Source: Candidatus Caldarchaeales archaeon | GTDB lineage: Archaea; Thermoproteota; Nitrososphaeria_A; Caldarchaeales; Calditenuaceae | DNA length: 64,000 nucleotides | Assembly (NCBI GenBank): GCA_039630085.1 | Contig: JBCNVM010000002.1 | Coordinates: 64,001-128,000 of the forward strand | Direction: 5' to 3' | Shown: piece by piece, positions 19,138 through 28,547 of the stretch | How the letters are laid out: each line of letters starts with the position of its first letter | How positions within the stretch are numbered: the first letter of the stretch is position 1 | Translations under genes and position numbers: made by a program | Notes under the pieces: generated by a model | The model's database searches: none | Seen by the model: only the letters and a program-made list of their open reading frames with translations | What the model was told of the DNA's origin: nothing

Positions 19138-20082
19138 TCAGGCCTTCGTCTCGACGAGCAGCCGGTCGACCTCCTCTTGGGCCTGCCTGACCTTCTCGAC
19201 GCTCCTCTCGAGCTCCGCCCTCTCGTCCGGGTCGAGGTCGATCTCTATCACCCTCTTCACGCCCTCGCTCCCTAGGACCGCCGGCACGACCGAGCAGACG
19301 CCGCTGAAGCCGTACTCTCCCTGGAGGTAGTATGAGACCGGCACGACGAGGTCCCTGTCCCTGACGATCGCCTCGACCATCACGGCGGCCCCAGCTCCCG
19401 GCGCGTGGCTCGCGGACCAGCCCTTCAGCGAGATGACCTTCGCGCCCATCCCCCTCGTCTCCCTCACGATCTCCTCGACCTTCTCCCTGCTTAGGAGGTC
19501 GGTGAGCCTCCTCCCGCCCACTATGGTCTTCTTCGGGAGGAGGACCATGGAGTCGCCGTGCTCGCCGAGTATCGGGGCCTCGATCGAGTTCCAGGAGACG
19601 CCAAGGGCCTTCGAGATGAGGGTCTTGTACCTCCCGACGTCGAGGAGGCCGCTGAACCCCATCACCCTTCTCCTCTCGAAGCCCGTGTGCCTGAGGGCGA
19701 CGTAGGTCATGACGTCGAGCGGGTTCGTGACCACGATCACCTTCGACTTAGGCGCGTGCTCCCTGATCTTGAGCGAGACGTCCCTCACTATCCCCGAGTT
19801 CTTGGTGAGGAGGTCCATCCTGGTCATGTCGGCCTTCCTGATGAAGCCCGCGGTCACGACCACTACCTCCGAGCCCTCGATGTCCCTGTAGTCGTTGGTC
19901 CCGGTGTACTCGACGTCGAGCCCGAGGATCGCGGCCATGTGGTTCAGGTCGAGCGCCTCTCCCTGGGGCAAGCCCTGCACGATGTCGACCAGCACGACGT
20001 CTCCGAGGGACTTCAGCCCGATGTGGAGCGCAGCCGACGTCCCAACCCTGCCGCTGCCGATCACGGAGATCTTGGGCCTCAA
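19138..20082 (-). CDS. mdh: Malate dehydrogenase (LDH-like)
   Basis: IGSGRVG, TAGFIRKADMTRMDLL, VTNPLD, LGEHGDS. Confidence 0.92.
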   Translation of the reverse strand: MRPKISVIGSGRVGTSAALHIGLKSLGDVVLVDIVQGLPQGEALDLNHMAAILGLDVEYTGTNDYRDIEGSEVVVVTAGFIRKADMTRMDLLTKNSGIVRDVSLKIREHAPKSKVIVVTNPLDVMTYVALRHTGFERRRVMGFSGLLDVGRYKTLISKALGVSWNSIEAPILGEHGDSMVLLPKKTIVGGRRLTDLLSREKVEEIVRETRGMGAKVISLKGWSASHAPGAGAAVMVEAIVRDRDLVVPVSYYLQGEYGFSGVCSVVPAVLGSEGVKRVIEIDLDPDERAELERSVEKVRQAQEEVDRLLVETKA

Positions 20083-20142
20083 GTGGCCTCGATACGTCCG
20101 CTGGCCCGCCGCTAGAAATATGTGAGCGGGGCAGGTGATGGG

Positions 20143-21477
20143 TCAGGCGGTCGGCCTCGTGAACCGGACCTCCCTGACCAGCAGGTAGGGAGCCCTTACC
20201 GGCGTCTCGACCTCCCACCACCTTATCGGGAACTTCTCCGATGAGACCTCCTCGATGTTCCTAAGGAGCCTGAGGAAGTTGTCCGAGAGCCTGAGGCCCT
20301 TCACCGCGTGCTCGATCGTCCCTCCCCTGACCAAGAAGAGCCCGTCCCTGGTGATCGTCGAGAAGTCGCCCCTGCTGATGTCCTGGTAGCGGAGGTACCA
20401 GTCGTTGGTCACGAGGATCCCCCTGTCGAGCTTCGAGAGCAGCCTGCTGAAGGGCGATGTCCCTCCCTCAACGACGAGGTTGAACGGCTGTGGCACGATC
20501 AGCCCCGCGTTCGCGGTCGATGAGGTCTCGAACTTCCTCGCGGTCGCGCTGTTGTGGAGGTAGCTCCTGAGGACGCCGCCGTCGATGATGACCGTCCTCC
20601 TGGTGGGGAGCCCCTCCTCGTCGAAGGGCTCGGCGCCGTAGGCGCCGGCGACCGTCGGGTCGTCGACCAGGGTGAGCGCCCTCGAAGAGACCTCCTTCCC
20701 GAGGAGCCCGGCGAGGAACGACATCCCGCTGTCGACGTAGAAGGCGGATGCGGCAGAACCGACCTCCTCGAGGAGGTTCGCGGCGGTCATCGGCCCTATC
20801 ACCGCGTCGTAGGCGCCCTCGGGAACCTCCCTCGGGTCCTTCGCGGCCTTCGCGACCTCTCCCGCCTCCCTACCCACCTGCTCGGGGTCGAACTCGGAGA
20901 GGTTCCCTGTTCCGGCCGCGAACTGGCCGCTCGACTCCCCGTCCAGGAACGCCCTGACCGAGAGCTCTATCGTGTCCTTTTGGGCCTCCGCCTCGACGCC
21001 ACCCGTCGTGACGAGGCTCCTGTGCGTCCTCGTGAGGACGAGTGAGCCCGCGACCCTGCTCGCACCGGCGCTCAGCGCCGCGTTCACCGCCGCCTCAACA
21101 GCGTCGACAAGCTTCTCCCTCCCGATCCCCTTCAGCCTCATGTCGAGCAGCCTCGGGTCGTAGGAGAAGGGGCCCGAGGGCAGAGGCGCGTACAGGTCCG
21201 AGGGCGGCGTGCTCTTCGCGAGCCTCAGCGCGTCCCTGACCAGCGCCTTGAGGCCGGAGGCGGTCACGTCGGTGGTTCCGGTCACGGCCCTCTGGGGCCC
21301 GAAGGCGACGTAGAGCGAGACGCTCTCCTCTTCGAACCTCTTCGAGACCGTTACCTCGTTGTTCGCGAACCTGATCATGTAGGTCGTCGTGGTGAAGGAC
21401 TCCACCGCGCAGTCGGTCGCGCCCTCGGCCTTGACGGCCTTGGTCAGGGCCTTCGCCCTCCTCGAGCTCAGGACCAA
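20143..21477 (-). CDS. TldD/PmbA family protein (TldE-like; no HExxGH seen)
   Basis: IRFANNE, LTLVDDP, PFDEEGLPT, SYLHN, GDFS. Confidence 0.88.
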   Translation of the reverse strand: MVLSSRRAKALTKAVKAEGATDCAVESFTTTTYMIRFANNEVTVSKRFEEESVSLYVAFGPQRAVTGTTDVTASGLKALVRDALRLAKSTPPSDLYAPLPSGPFSYDPRLLDMRLKGIGREKLVDAVEAAVNAALSAGASRVAGSLVLTRTHRSLVTTGGVEAEAQKDTIELSVRAFLDGESSGQFAAGTGNLSEFDPEQVGREAGEVAKAAKDPREVPEGAYDAVIGPMTAANLLEEVGSAASAFYVDSGMSFLAGLLGKEVSSRALTLVDDPTVAGAYGAEPFDEEGLPTRRTVIIDGGVLRSYLHNSATARKFETSSTANAGLIVPQPFNLVVEGGTSPFSRLLSKLDRGILVTNDWYLRYQDISRGDFSTITRDGLFLVRGGTIEHAVKGLRLSDNFLRLLRNIEEVSSEKFPIRWWEVETPVRAPYLLVREVRFTRPTA

Positions 21478-21568
21478 AGCCCCTCGGCGGTCCTCGCCGG
21501 CAGGAGGTAAAAAGCTGATCGGGAAAGGACAGGTTCATAGGACCGGGAGGCCGGGTACGGGCAGGAGG

Positions 21569-23095
21569 TTGCTCTTCGCGGTCAGGTATCCGGTCGCGTC
21601 GAGGAAGGGCGTCTACGGCGAGAGGATGGAGGTCGTCGAGTCGAGGGAGGGAGCGCTCAGCGCCTGCTCCGGGGAGGGCACGAGGAGGGTCGTCGTGGAC
21701 GCTGCGACGCTCTCTGCCGACGTCAGGAGGTCCGCGTACGGAGAGGTGCTCGCGGCGAGGCTCCTGACGCCGTTCACCGCCGAGGGCGACCTGAGGGCGC
21801 TCCGGTCGCTGCTCAGGGCGTACGTCAGGAGGTCGGTCGAGGACTCGCTGGTCGACATCAGGAGGGACTACGGGAGGGCCGCTGAGGAGTTGTTGATCGA
21901 CCCGAGCCACTTCGTCCTCAGGAAGGTCAGGGGGCTCGTCGCGCTCTACCCGCCGCTCTGGAGGGTATTCTGGTGGGCCTCGAGGTCCTCGCAGGACAGG
22001 GAGCTGCTGAGGAGGGTCGCGGATAACTTCAGGCCCGTGCTCGACGAGCTGGTCGATGAGGGGAGGCTGGCCGCGGACGGGTCTACGGGGCTCTACAGGC
22101 TCGCCAGGGGGACCGGACGGGAGGAGGTCGGGGCGTCGATGGGAGCAGGCCTCGTGAGGCGGCTCGAGTCGCTCCTGATCCCCGGGAGGCTCGGCGCCGG
22201 TCTCCCGAGGCTCGTCTTCGAGGAGGCCCTCGAGGGCGGATGGGAGGCGATGGTGCCGCCGGACCCGGAGGAGGCCCTCTCGATCAGGACCGAGACCGGG
22301 CTGCAGCCGCTCTCCTTCGAGGGCGACGTCGCGGAGTTCGTCAGGAGGCTCTGCGGGGGCGGCGTCGACTCGGTCAGGGTCCGGAGGGCCGGATGGCTCT
22401 TCAACTCGACCTACCTCGTCGAGGTCGAGCAGGGAGGCGACGTGAGGAGGCTCTTCGTGAAGAGGTACCTCGCGATGACCGACGTCAAGTGGGTGGCCGC
22501 GAAGCTCTGGTCCTTCCCGCTCAGGAACTTCCACCTCTCGCCGGCGGCGAGGCTCAGCAACGAGCTCTTCTTCATCTCGTACCTGAGGGAGAGGGGACTG
22601 AAGACGCCGCACGTCTTCGGCGTGAGCTGGAGGAAGAGGGTCCTCCTAGAGGGCGCGATACAGGGGAGCTCGCTGAGGGAGCTGTGGACCTCCGAAGGCG
22701 TCGAGGCCGGTCTGCTCGAGGAGGTGACGGTCAGGTCCGGGGAAGCGGTCGCGAGGGCCCACTCGCTGGGCGTGACGCTCGGCGACTGCAAGCCCGACAA
22801 CGTGATGGTCGACAGGAGGGGTCAGGTCTGGCTGGTCGACCTCGAGCAGGCGTCCCTAGGGGGAGACAGGGCATGGGACGTGGCCGAGTTCGTCCTCTTC
22901 ACCGCGAGGTATCTGGACCTGAGGAGGAGCAGGGAGTTCGCGAGGCTCTTCGGCGAGGGTTACCTGCGACACGGCAACCCCAAGGACGTCGAGAGGGCCC
23001 TCGACCCGAAGTACGTCCTAGCGATGGTCCCGGTCTCGCCGGTCTGGACGCAGGTCGCGGCGCTCGAGGGCCTCAGGAGCGCCCTCCGCGCGTGA
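21569..23095 (+). CDS. Conserved archaeal protein with C-terminal atypical kinase domain (Kdo/WaaP/Bud32-like)
   Basis: LFVKRY, NE helix, LGDCKPDN catalytic loop, VDLEQA, WDVAEF; start uncertain (TTG 21569 or ATG 21626). Confidence 0.75.
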   Translation: MLFAVRYPVASRKGVYGERMEVVESREGALSACSGEGTRRVVVDAATLSADVRRSAYGEVLAARLLTPFTAEGDLRALRSLLRAYVRRSVEDSLVDIRRDYGRAAEELLIDPSHFVLRKVRGLVALYPPLWRVFWWASRSSQDRELLRRVADNFRPVLDELVDEGRLAADGSTGLYRLARGTGREEVGASMGAGLVRRLESLLIPGRLGAGLPRLVFEEALEGGWEAMVPPDPEEALSIRTETGLQPLSFEGDVAEFVRRLCGGGVDSVRVRRAGWLFNSTYLVEVEQGGDVRRLFVKRYLAMTDVKWVAAKLWSFPLRNFHLSPAARLSNELFFISYLRERGLKTPHVFGVSWRKRVLLEGAIQGSSLRELWTSEGVEAGLLEEVTVRSGEAVARAHSLGVTLGDCKPDNVMVDRRGQVWLVDLEQASLGGDRAWDVAEFVLFTARYLDLRRSREFARLFGEGYLRHGNPKDVERALDPKYVLAMVPVSPVWTQVAALEGLRSALRA

Positions 23096-23184
23096 GTCGC
23101 CTGCCCCCCATGCCCCAGAGAGGTCGGACGCTTCTCGCCCGCTTCAACGGCTTTATCTATCAGCCCGGGATGGACTCGGCCGGA

Positions 23185-23352
23185 ATGGGGCTCAGGGACT
23201 TCGTCAGGTCGACGGTCGTCCTCTTCAGGGTCTCGAGGAAGCCCTCGAGGGAGGAGTACTTCGTCCTAGCGAGGATCGTCGCGATCGGCGTCGCGCTGCT
23301 CGGCCTGATCTCGATGGTCATAAGGTTCGTCTTCCTCGCGCTCCTAGGGTGA
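23185..23352 (+). CDS. secE: Protein translocase subunit SecE/Sec61-gamma
   Basis: VLFRVSRKPSREEY plus one TM; directly upstream of spt5. Confidence 0.9.
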   Translation: MGLRDFVRSTVVLFRVSRKPSREEYFVLARIVAIGVALLGLISMVIRFVFLALLG

Positions 23353-23795
23353 GGGACTTGGGCAAGCTCTACGCGGTCAGGACGACGGTCGGGCAGGAGA
23401 AGAACGTCGCTCAGCTGATCTGGGGAAGGATCGAGCCCGGGTCGAGGGACGTCCACGCGATCGTCACGCTCCCGAACCTGAAGGGGTTCGTCTTCGTCGA
23501 GGGCGCGGAGAGGGACAGGGTCGCGGTCCTGGTCAGGGAGCTGAGGCACGTCAAGTCCAGGGGGATAGTCCAGATATCACACGAAGAGGTCCTCAGGCAC
23601 ATGGTCGAGAGGCCGCTGATCGAGACGATTTCTGAGGGGATGACCGTTGAGGTGGTCGCGGGTCCCTTCAAGGGGTTCACTGGCAAGGTCACCAGAGTGG
23701 ACAGGATGAGGAAGGAGGTGATGCTCGAGCTCCTCGAGAGCAGCTACCCGTTCCCGATCTCAATACCCGTCAACCAGGTCAAGCCGGCCCAGTAG
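23349..23795 (+). CDS. spt5: Transcription elongation factor Spt5
   Basis: AVRTTVGQEKNVA, LKGFVFVE, KOW motif VEVVAGPFKG. Confidence 0.95.
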   Translation: MRDLGKLYAVRTTVGQEKNVAQLIWGRIEPGSRDVHAIVTLPNLKGFVFVEGAERDRVAVLVRELRHVKSRGIVQISHEEVLRHMVERPLIETISEGMTVEVVAGPFKGFTGKVTRVDRMRKEVMLELLESSYPFPISIPVNQVKPAQ

Positions 23796-23806
23796 GTAGG
23801 TCCGCG

Positions 23807-24295
23807 ATGGGCTTCAGGGATCTCCTCTTAGAGGTCCCCCTGAACGGCCGCAGGGTAGTCCAGTTCGGCTTCGCGGGCGTCGCGGCGGAGAGCGACGTCT
23901 TCAGGGCGATCGGGAGGGAGGGGGAGCTGCTGGTGCTGGTAAACAGCGAGAAGCTCAGGTCGAAGGCCGAGGCGTCCCTGCAGGGGACCGGGCTGAGGCA
24001 CAGGGTCGTCTACTCGCCGGTGATCGAGCACAACCCGGAGCTCGCGCCCTCGAGCTTCGACGCGGCCCTCTTCCTGAACGCGCTGGTCTCGGTGAGGGGG
24101 AAGAGGGAGCTGGTCAACGAGGCCTACAGGTTGCTGAAGGCTGGGTCGGGCGCCGTCGTCTACGAGTGCTACTGGCCGACGGCCTTCAGGCTCAGGAGGA
24201 CGCTGAGGAGTGTGCTGACGGAGAGGCCGGTCTTCCGGGTGAGGTCGATGAGCGTGGGACTGGACACCCTGACCGCGGTCCTCGAGAAGGCGTGA
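23807..24295 (+). CDS. Class I SAM-methyltransferase-like protein (degenerate)
   Basis: SFDAAL, EAYRLLKAGSG resemble motifs II/III; motif I weak. Confidence 0.5.
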   Translation: MGFRDLLLEVPLNGRRVVQFGFAGVAAESDVFRAIGREGELLVLVNSEKLRSKAEASLQGTGLRHRVVYSPVIEHNPELAPSSFDAALFLNALVSVRGKRELVNEAYRLLKAGSGAVVYECYWPTAFRLRRTLRSVLTERPVFRVRSMSVGLDTLTAVLEKA

Positions 24296-24299
24296 GGCC

Positions 24300-24539
24300 T
24301 TGACGCAGCTCGAGCTCCTCCTGCTGGGTTTCGCGGTCCTATCGGCGGGGACCCTCCTGCTCCTCTTCGCGCTGGCCTTCTCAGCCCGGGCGCCACGGGA
24401 AGGGAGGTCCGAGGGTTTCGGCGTCGTGCTGATAGGCCCCGTGCCGATCGTCTTCAGGGGGAGGGCCGCGCACGTCCTGCTGATCGCGGCAGCCGCGTTC
24501 GTCCTGATCCTGCTGCTGATGTTGGGTGCGCTGGCTTGA
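24300..24539 (+). CDS. DUF131/TIGR00304 family small membrane protein
   Basis: GFGVVLIGPVPIVF between two TMs. Confidence 0.8.
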   Translation: MTQLELLLLGFAVLSAGTLLLLFALAFSARAPREGRSEGFGVVLIGPVPIVFRGRAAHVLLIAAAAFVLILLLMLGALA

Positions 24540-24754
24540 GGCTCGTCGCGGTCGCGCTCCTCCTGATCGTCACAGGCATCGCGCTGATGGTCCTAGCGGC
24601 GGCGCAGCTCGGGGGCGCGGAGTTCAGGGGTTTCGGGTTCGTCCTGATCGGCCCGATACCGCTGTTCGTCTCCGACGGCCAGGCGGTGCTCCTGACGGCC
24701 CTGATAGCCTTGGCGGTCTTCGTCGCGGTCCTTCTGAAGGCGCTCGGGCGGTAG
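24536..24754 (+). CDS. DUF131-like small membrane protein (tandem paralog)
   Basis: GFGFVLIGPIPLF between two TMs. Confidence 0.75.
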   Translation: MRLVAVALLLIVTGIALMVLAAAQLGGAEFRGFGFVLIGPIPLFVSDGQAVLLTALIALAVFVAVLLKALGR

Positions 24755-24775
24755 AAGTTTTTCGGGGAAGATAGG

Positions 24776-25561
24776 TCACGCGGTCCTCAGGTACTTCTCC
24801 TCGATGCCCTTGTACCCAACCCTCTCCAGCTCTTCGGCGAGCTCGAACCCGCCGCTTGCGATGATCCTCCCGTCGTACATGATGTGGACGTAGTCGGGCC
24901 TCAGGTAGTTCAGGATCCTCGCGTAGTGGGTGATGACGAGGGCGCCGACGTTCTCCCGCTCGACCATGTCCTTCACCGCCGCCGCGACCACCTTGACCCC
25001 GTCGATGTCGAGTCCCGAGTCGGTCTCGTCGAGGATCGCGATCTTCGGCCTCAGGGTCAGCATCTGCACGATCTCGGACCTCTTCTTCTCGCCGCCCGAG
25101 AAGCCCTCGTTCAGGTACCTCCTCGTGAAGGACTCGTCGAACTGGAGCGCCCTGAAGTTCTCCACGAGCGTCCTGTGGAACTGCGAGGGCGAGACCTTCT
25201 TCCCCTCCTCGCCGTAGATCGAGAGGTAGGCCTTCCTGAGGAAGTTAGCCATCGTCAGCCCCGTGATCTCCTGCGGGTACTGGAACGCGAGGAAGATCCC
25301 CCTCTTCGCCCTCTGGTCCGGCGTGAGGTCGAGGATGCTCTCGCCGTCGAGCCTGATGTCGCCGCTCTCGACCGTGTACTTCGGGTGGCCCATGACGACG
25401 TAGGCGGTCGTGCTCTTCCCGGACCCGTTCGGGCCCATCAGCGCGTGGATTTCGCCCTGAGAGACGGTCAGGTTCAGGCCCTTGATGATCTGTCTCCCCT
25501 CGACTCCCGCGTACAGGTCGACGATCTCCAGCCTCAAGCCTCCCTGCCCGCGAATCGCCAC
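24776..25561 (-). CDS. sufC: Fe-S cluster assembly ATPase SufC
   Basis: MGPNGSGKST, FLAFQYPQEI, NEGFSGGEKKR, LDETDSGLD, ITHY. Confidence 0.95.
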   Translation of the reverse strand: MAIRGQGGLRLEIVDLYAGVEGRQIIKGLNLTVSQGEIHALMGPNGSGKSTTAYVVMGHPKYTVESGDIRLDGESILDLTPDQRAKRGIFLAFQYPQEITGLTMANFLRKAYLSIYGEEGKKVSPSQFHRTLVENFRALQFDESFTRRYLNEGFSGGEKKRSEIVQMLTLRPKIAILDETDSGLDIDGVKVVAAAVKDMVERENVGALVITHYARILNYLRPDYVHIMYDGRIIASGGFELAEELERVGYKGIEEKYLRTA

Positions 25562-25604
25562 AATATCTACTTCGGGGCTCCACTCGGCCCGGACCCGTCG
25601 GCCA

Positions 25605-25763
25605 TCATTTGGTCCTCTCTTCCTCCCCCCAGAGCTCCCTCCTGAGGAGGTCCCTGACCGCGGCCCTGAGGAGCGCTGACCTGCTCGGGTAGACCCCCCT
25701 CCTTATCAGCTCGTCCATCCCCTCGACGAGGGCCTCCGGGAGCTTTACGCTGATGAGCTTCAT
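25605..25763 (-). CDS. Ribbon-helix-helix transcription regulator (CdrS-like)
   Basis: MKLISVKLPEALVEGMDELIRRGVYPSRSALLRAAVRDLLRRELW. Confidence 0.85.
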   Translation of the reverse strand: MKLISVKLPEALVEGMDELIRRGVYPSRSALLRAAVRDLLRRELWGEEERTK

Positions 25764-25895
25764 AGCCGGTATGACCGAAGTCCTGCCACCGATTTGAGCT
25801 TTGCGCCGGAAGACGATCCCCGAAGGCGGGTACCGACGGGGGACGGGGAACGTTTTAAAGAAGGGCGGGAGTTGTGGGACCCGAGCAGGGTCGCG

Positions 25896-26186
25896 ATGGA
25901 CGTCAAGACCGAGCTGAGGGTTCTCAGGAGGACCGGGAAGGTCGTCTTCGGGTTCAGGCAGTCGTACCACGCGCTGATGCGGGGCGAGGCATCGGTCGTG
26001 CTGGTCTCGAGCGACTGCCCGGAGAGGTTCAGGAGGGAGCTGCAGGTGGTGGCCGCGATGAAGGGCGCGAAGGTCGTCGACGCGGGGATCAGCTCCAGCG
26101 AGCTCGCGAGGCTGCTCGGAAAGCCCTTCCACGCATCGACGGTCGCGGTGATCGACGCGGGATCCAGCGGCCTCGGCAAGGGGTGA
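25896..26186 (+). CDS. rpl30e: 50S ribosomal protein L30e
   Basis: TGKVVFG, ELARLLGKPF, IDAGSS; directly upstream of nusA. Confidence 0.9.
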   Translation: MDVKTELRVLRRTGKVVFGFRQSYHALMRGEASVVLVSSDCPERFRRELQVVAAMKGAKVVDAGISSSELARLLGKPFHASTVAVIDAGSSGLGKG

Positions 26187-26192
26187 GCTGGG

Positions 26193-26633
26193 GTGGCTGA
26201 GGGAGGGAGGACCTCGGTCAAGATCACGGAGAGCGAGTTCCAGTACATCTCGTTCTTCCAGAGGGTGACCGACGTCCAGCCGCTCGACTGCGTCGTGATC
26301 GACGACATGGTGGTCTACGTCGTCAACGCGGGCGACGTCGGAAAGGCCGTCGGGAGGAAGGGGAACATCGTGCAGGAGCTGAAGAACATCCAGAGGAAGA
26401 GGATCAAGATCGTCGAGTTCTCGCAGGACCCGAAGAAGTTCATCGCGAACGCCCTTCAGCCCGCGACGGTTTCAGAGGTCGAGCTTGTCGAGAGGGACGG
26501 GCGATTGTTCGCGCGGGTCAAGGTCCCCGACGAGGAGAAGGGCAGGGCGATCGGGAGGGGAGGAGTGAACCTGAGGGCGGCGGCCGAGCTCGCCCGGAGG
26601 CACTTCGGCGTGGAGAGGATCGTCATCAGGTAG
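26193..26633 (+). CDS. nusA: NusA-like KH-domain protein
   Basis: GKAVGRKG and GRAIGRGG KH loops. Confidence 0.93.
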   Translation: MAEGGRTSVKITESEFQYISFFQRVTDVQPLDCVVIDDMVVYVVNAGDVGKAVGRKGNIVQELKNIQRKRIKIVEFSQDPKKFIANALQPATVSEVELVERDGRLFARVKVPDEEKGRAIGRGGVNLRAAAELARRHFGVERIVIR

Positions 26634-26636
26634 CAG

Positions 26637-27746
26637 ATGAAGCTCGTCGTACGGACGCCGCTGGGCCTCGAGCCTGTCGTCAGGTCCAAGATCGAGCTCC
26701 TCGACCCCGGCGCGCTGGCAGTCCAGACGCCCTACGGACTGAAGGGGCTCGTCGTCGTGGAGAGCTGCTCGGACCCGGACCGGCTGAAGAGGCTGATCGA
26801 GGAGGAGGTCCCCGAGGCCGAGAGGGTGATCAGGCCCGACGTCGTTGTCCCAACGGAAGTCGACCTGATCATCGAGGCGGCGACCGCGGTCTCCAAGGAG
26901 AGGATCTCGCCCCACGAGAGCTTCGCCGTCAGGACCAGGAGGAGGGCCCGCGGGGGCTTCACGAGCCTCGAGCTGAACGCGAGGGTCGGCGCCTCGATCC
27001 AGCACGCGACCGGCGCGAGGGTCGACCTGGATAACCCGGACAAGGTCGTCGTGATAGAGGTCGTGGGCGACAGGACGGCGATCGCGGTCCTCGAGGGGAG
27101 CTCCGAGCACAGGAAGATGGCCCCGACGAAGCGGAGCTCGTGGAGGTTCTTCAACAGGGTCTCGGTTGTCCAGATGCCGTACCTCGGGACCGTCGAGGGC
27201 GCGAGGGAGGTCGGGAGGAGGATCGGGAGGTTCGTCCAGGCCTTCGAGGTCGGGGAGCTCGTGGTCGCGCCGGTCGGCGCGGTCGACGCCAGGGAGCTCT
27301 CGGCCTTCCTCGACGCGGTCTTCGAGGGCATCTCTTCGAGGTTGGAGGTCCAGAAGCGGAGCTACGGCAGGCCTGCGAGGGAGGTCAGGGTCCTGGTCCA
27401 GGACCTCTACCAACTCGTCCTCGAGAGGCGCCACGAGCCTATCTTGGTCTTCGAGCCCGAGGGCAGGGAGATCTACGGCGCGCTCCCCGAGGTGGCGGAG
27501 GCCGTCGCTAAGGCCAAGAGGATCAACGTCCTCCTGGGTTCCAGGGAGGGGATACCGAAGGGCGTATTCAGGACGGCGACCGCGGTCTTCGACCTCTGTC
27601 CCGACGTGACCCTGCCGACGGAGCTGGCCGCGCCCGCGGCGCTCATCGCGCTCTACAACCTCCTCAAGCGGGAGGGCCTGGAGGTCGAGGCATCACCTGG
27701 TGGCGGATCCGAGGAGGAAGGCGACAAGGGCGACGAACATCCATAG
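26637..27746 (+). CDS. THUMP domain plus SPOUT-type RNA methyltransferase
   Basis: SFAVRTRRR, VDLDNPDKVVVIEV; LGSREGIPKG...DLCPDVTLPTE. Confidence 0.85.
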   Translation: MKLVVRTPLGLEPVVRSKIELLDPGALAVQTPYGLKGLVVVESCSDPDRLKRLIEEEVPEAERVIRPDVVVPTEVDLIIEAATAVSKERISPHESFAVRTRRRARGGFTSLELNARVGASIQHATGARVDLDNPDKVVVIEVVGDRTAIAVLEGSSEHRKMAPTKRSSWRFFNRVSVVQMPYLGTVEGAREVGRRIGRFVQAFEVGELVVAPVGAVDARELSAFLDAVFEGISSRLEVQKRSYGRPAREVRVLVQDLYQLVLERRHEPILVFEPEGREIYGALPEVAEAVAKAKRINVLLGSREGIPKGVFRTATAVFDLCPDVTLPTELAAPAALIALYNLLKREGLEVEASPGGGSEEEGDKGDEHP

Positions 27747-28547
27747 CAGGTACTGGTTCTTCACGCTCCTCGAGACGGTCGGCGTTGGGCTCCGGATCAG
27801 GCGGTACGAGGAGTAGGCGAAGCCCGCGTCCGCTAACGCCACGCTCGGCAGGTAAGCCCACCCGAGGACGCCCGTGACGTAGGGCAGCGGGCTGAGCGCG
27901 ACCGCAGTCATCACGGCGCCCGCGCCCAGCCTCGAGGCGAAGGCCGCCCCCCTGACCCTCGCCACCGTCCTGACGCCCCTGACCGAGTCGCCCTCGACGT
28001 CCGCGATGCCCTTGACGACCTCCCTCCCGAGGCTCGAGAGGAAGGCCAGGGCCGCCAACGTCCCAGCACCGAGGTCCGGGACCCCGACCGCGACGGCAGA
28101 CCCGAAGAGGAAGGGAGCCGCGACCGTTGCGCTGACGGCGGCGTTCCCGATCAGCCCTGTCTGCTTAAGGCTCACGTTGTAGAAGAGAGCCAGCGCGTAA
28201 GAGGCGGCAGCGATCGCGAGGGGGAAGGCGCCGAGCGGAGCAGATGCCGCGAGTCCCACGACCCCGAGTGAGGCCGCGAGGGCCTTCGCCTCGGTCGGGC
28301 TCACCGCGCCGGACGGTATCGGCCTCTCGGGAGCGTTGACCCTGTCCGCATCGACGTCGACGAGGTCGTTGACGGCCATAGAGGATCCGTTGAGGCAGTA
28401 GGCCGCGAGGAACGAGAGCGTCAGCGGCTGGAGGTCGGGCAGCCTCCCGGAGGAGACGAAGTGGCCCGCGAGGACCGCGACGAACATCATCAGGCCGTTC
28501 GGAGGCCTGGTAAGCCTGATCAGCCCAGAGAACTTGCCCAACCTCAA
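27693..28547 (-). CDS. Digeranylgeranylglyceryl phosphate synthase (UbiA family)
   Basis: LTRPPN, NDLVDVDADRVNAPERPIPSG, REVVKGIADVEGD. Confidence 0.9.
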   Translation of the reverse strand: MRLGKFSGLIRLTRPPNGLMMFVAVLAGHFVSSGRLPDLQPLTLSFLAAYCLNGSSMAVNDLVDVDADRVNAPERPIPSGAVSPTEAKALAASLGVVGLAASAPLGAFPLAIAAASYALALFYNVSLKQTGLIGNAAVSATVAAPFLFGSAVAVGVPDLGAGTLAALAFLSSLGREVVKGIADVEGDSVRGVRTVARVRGAAFASRLGAGAVMTAVALSPLPYVTGVLGWAYLPSVALADAGFAYSSYRLIRSPTPTVSRSVKNQYLLWMFVALVAFLLGSATR

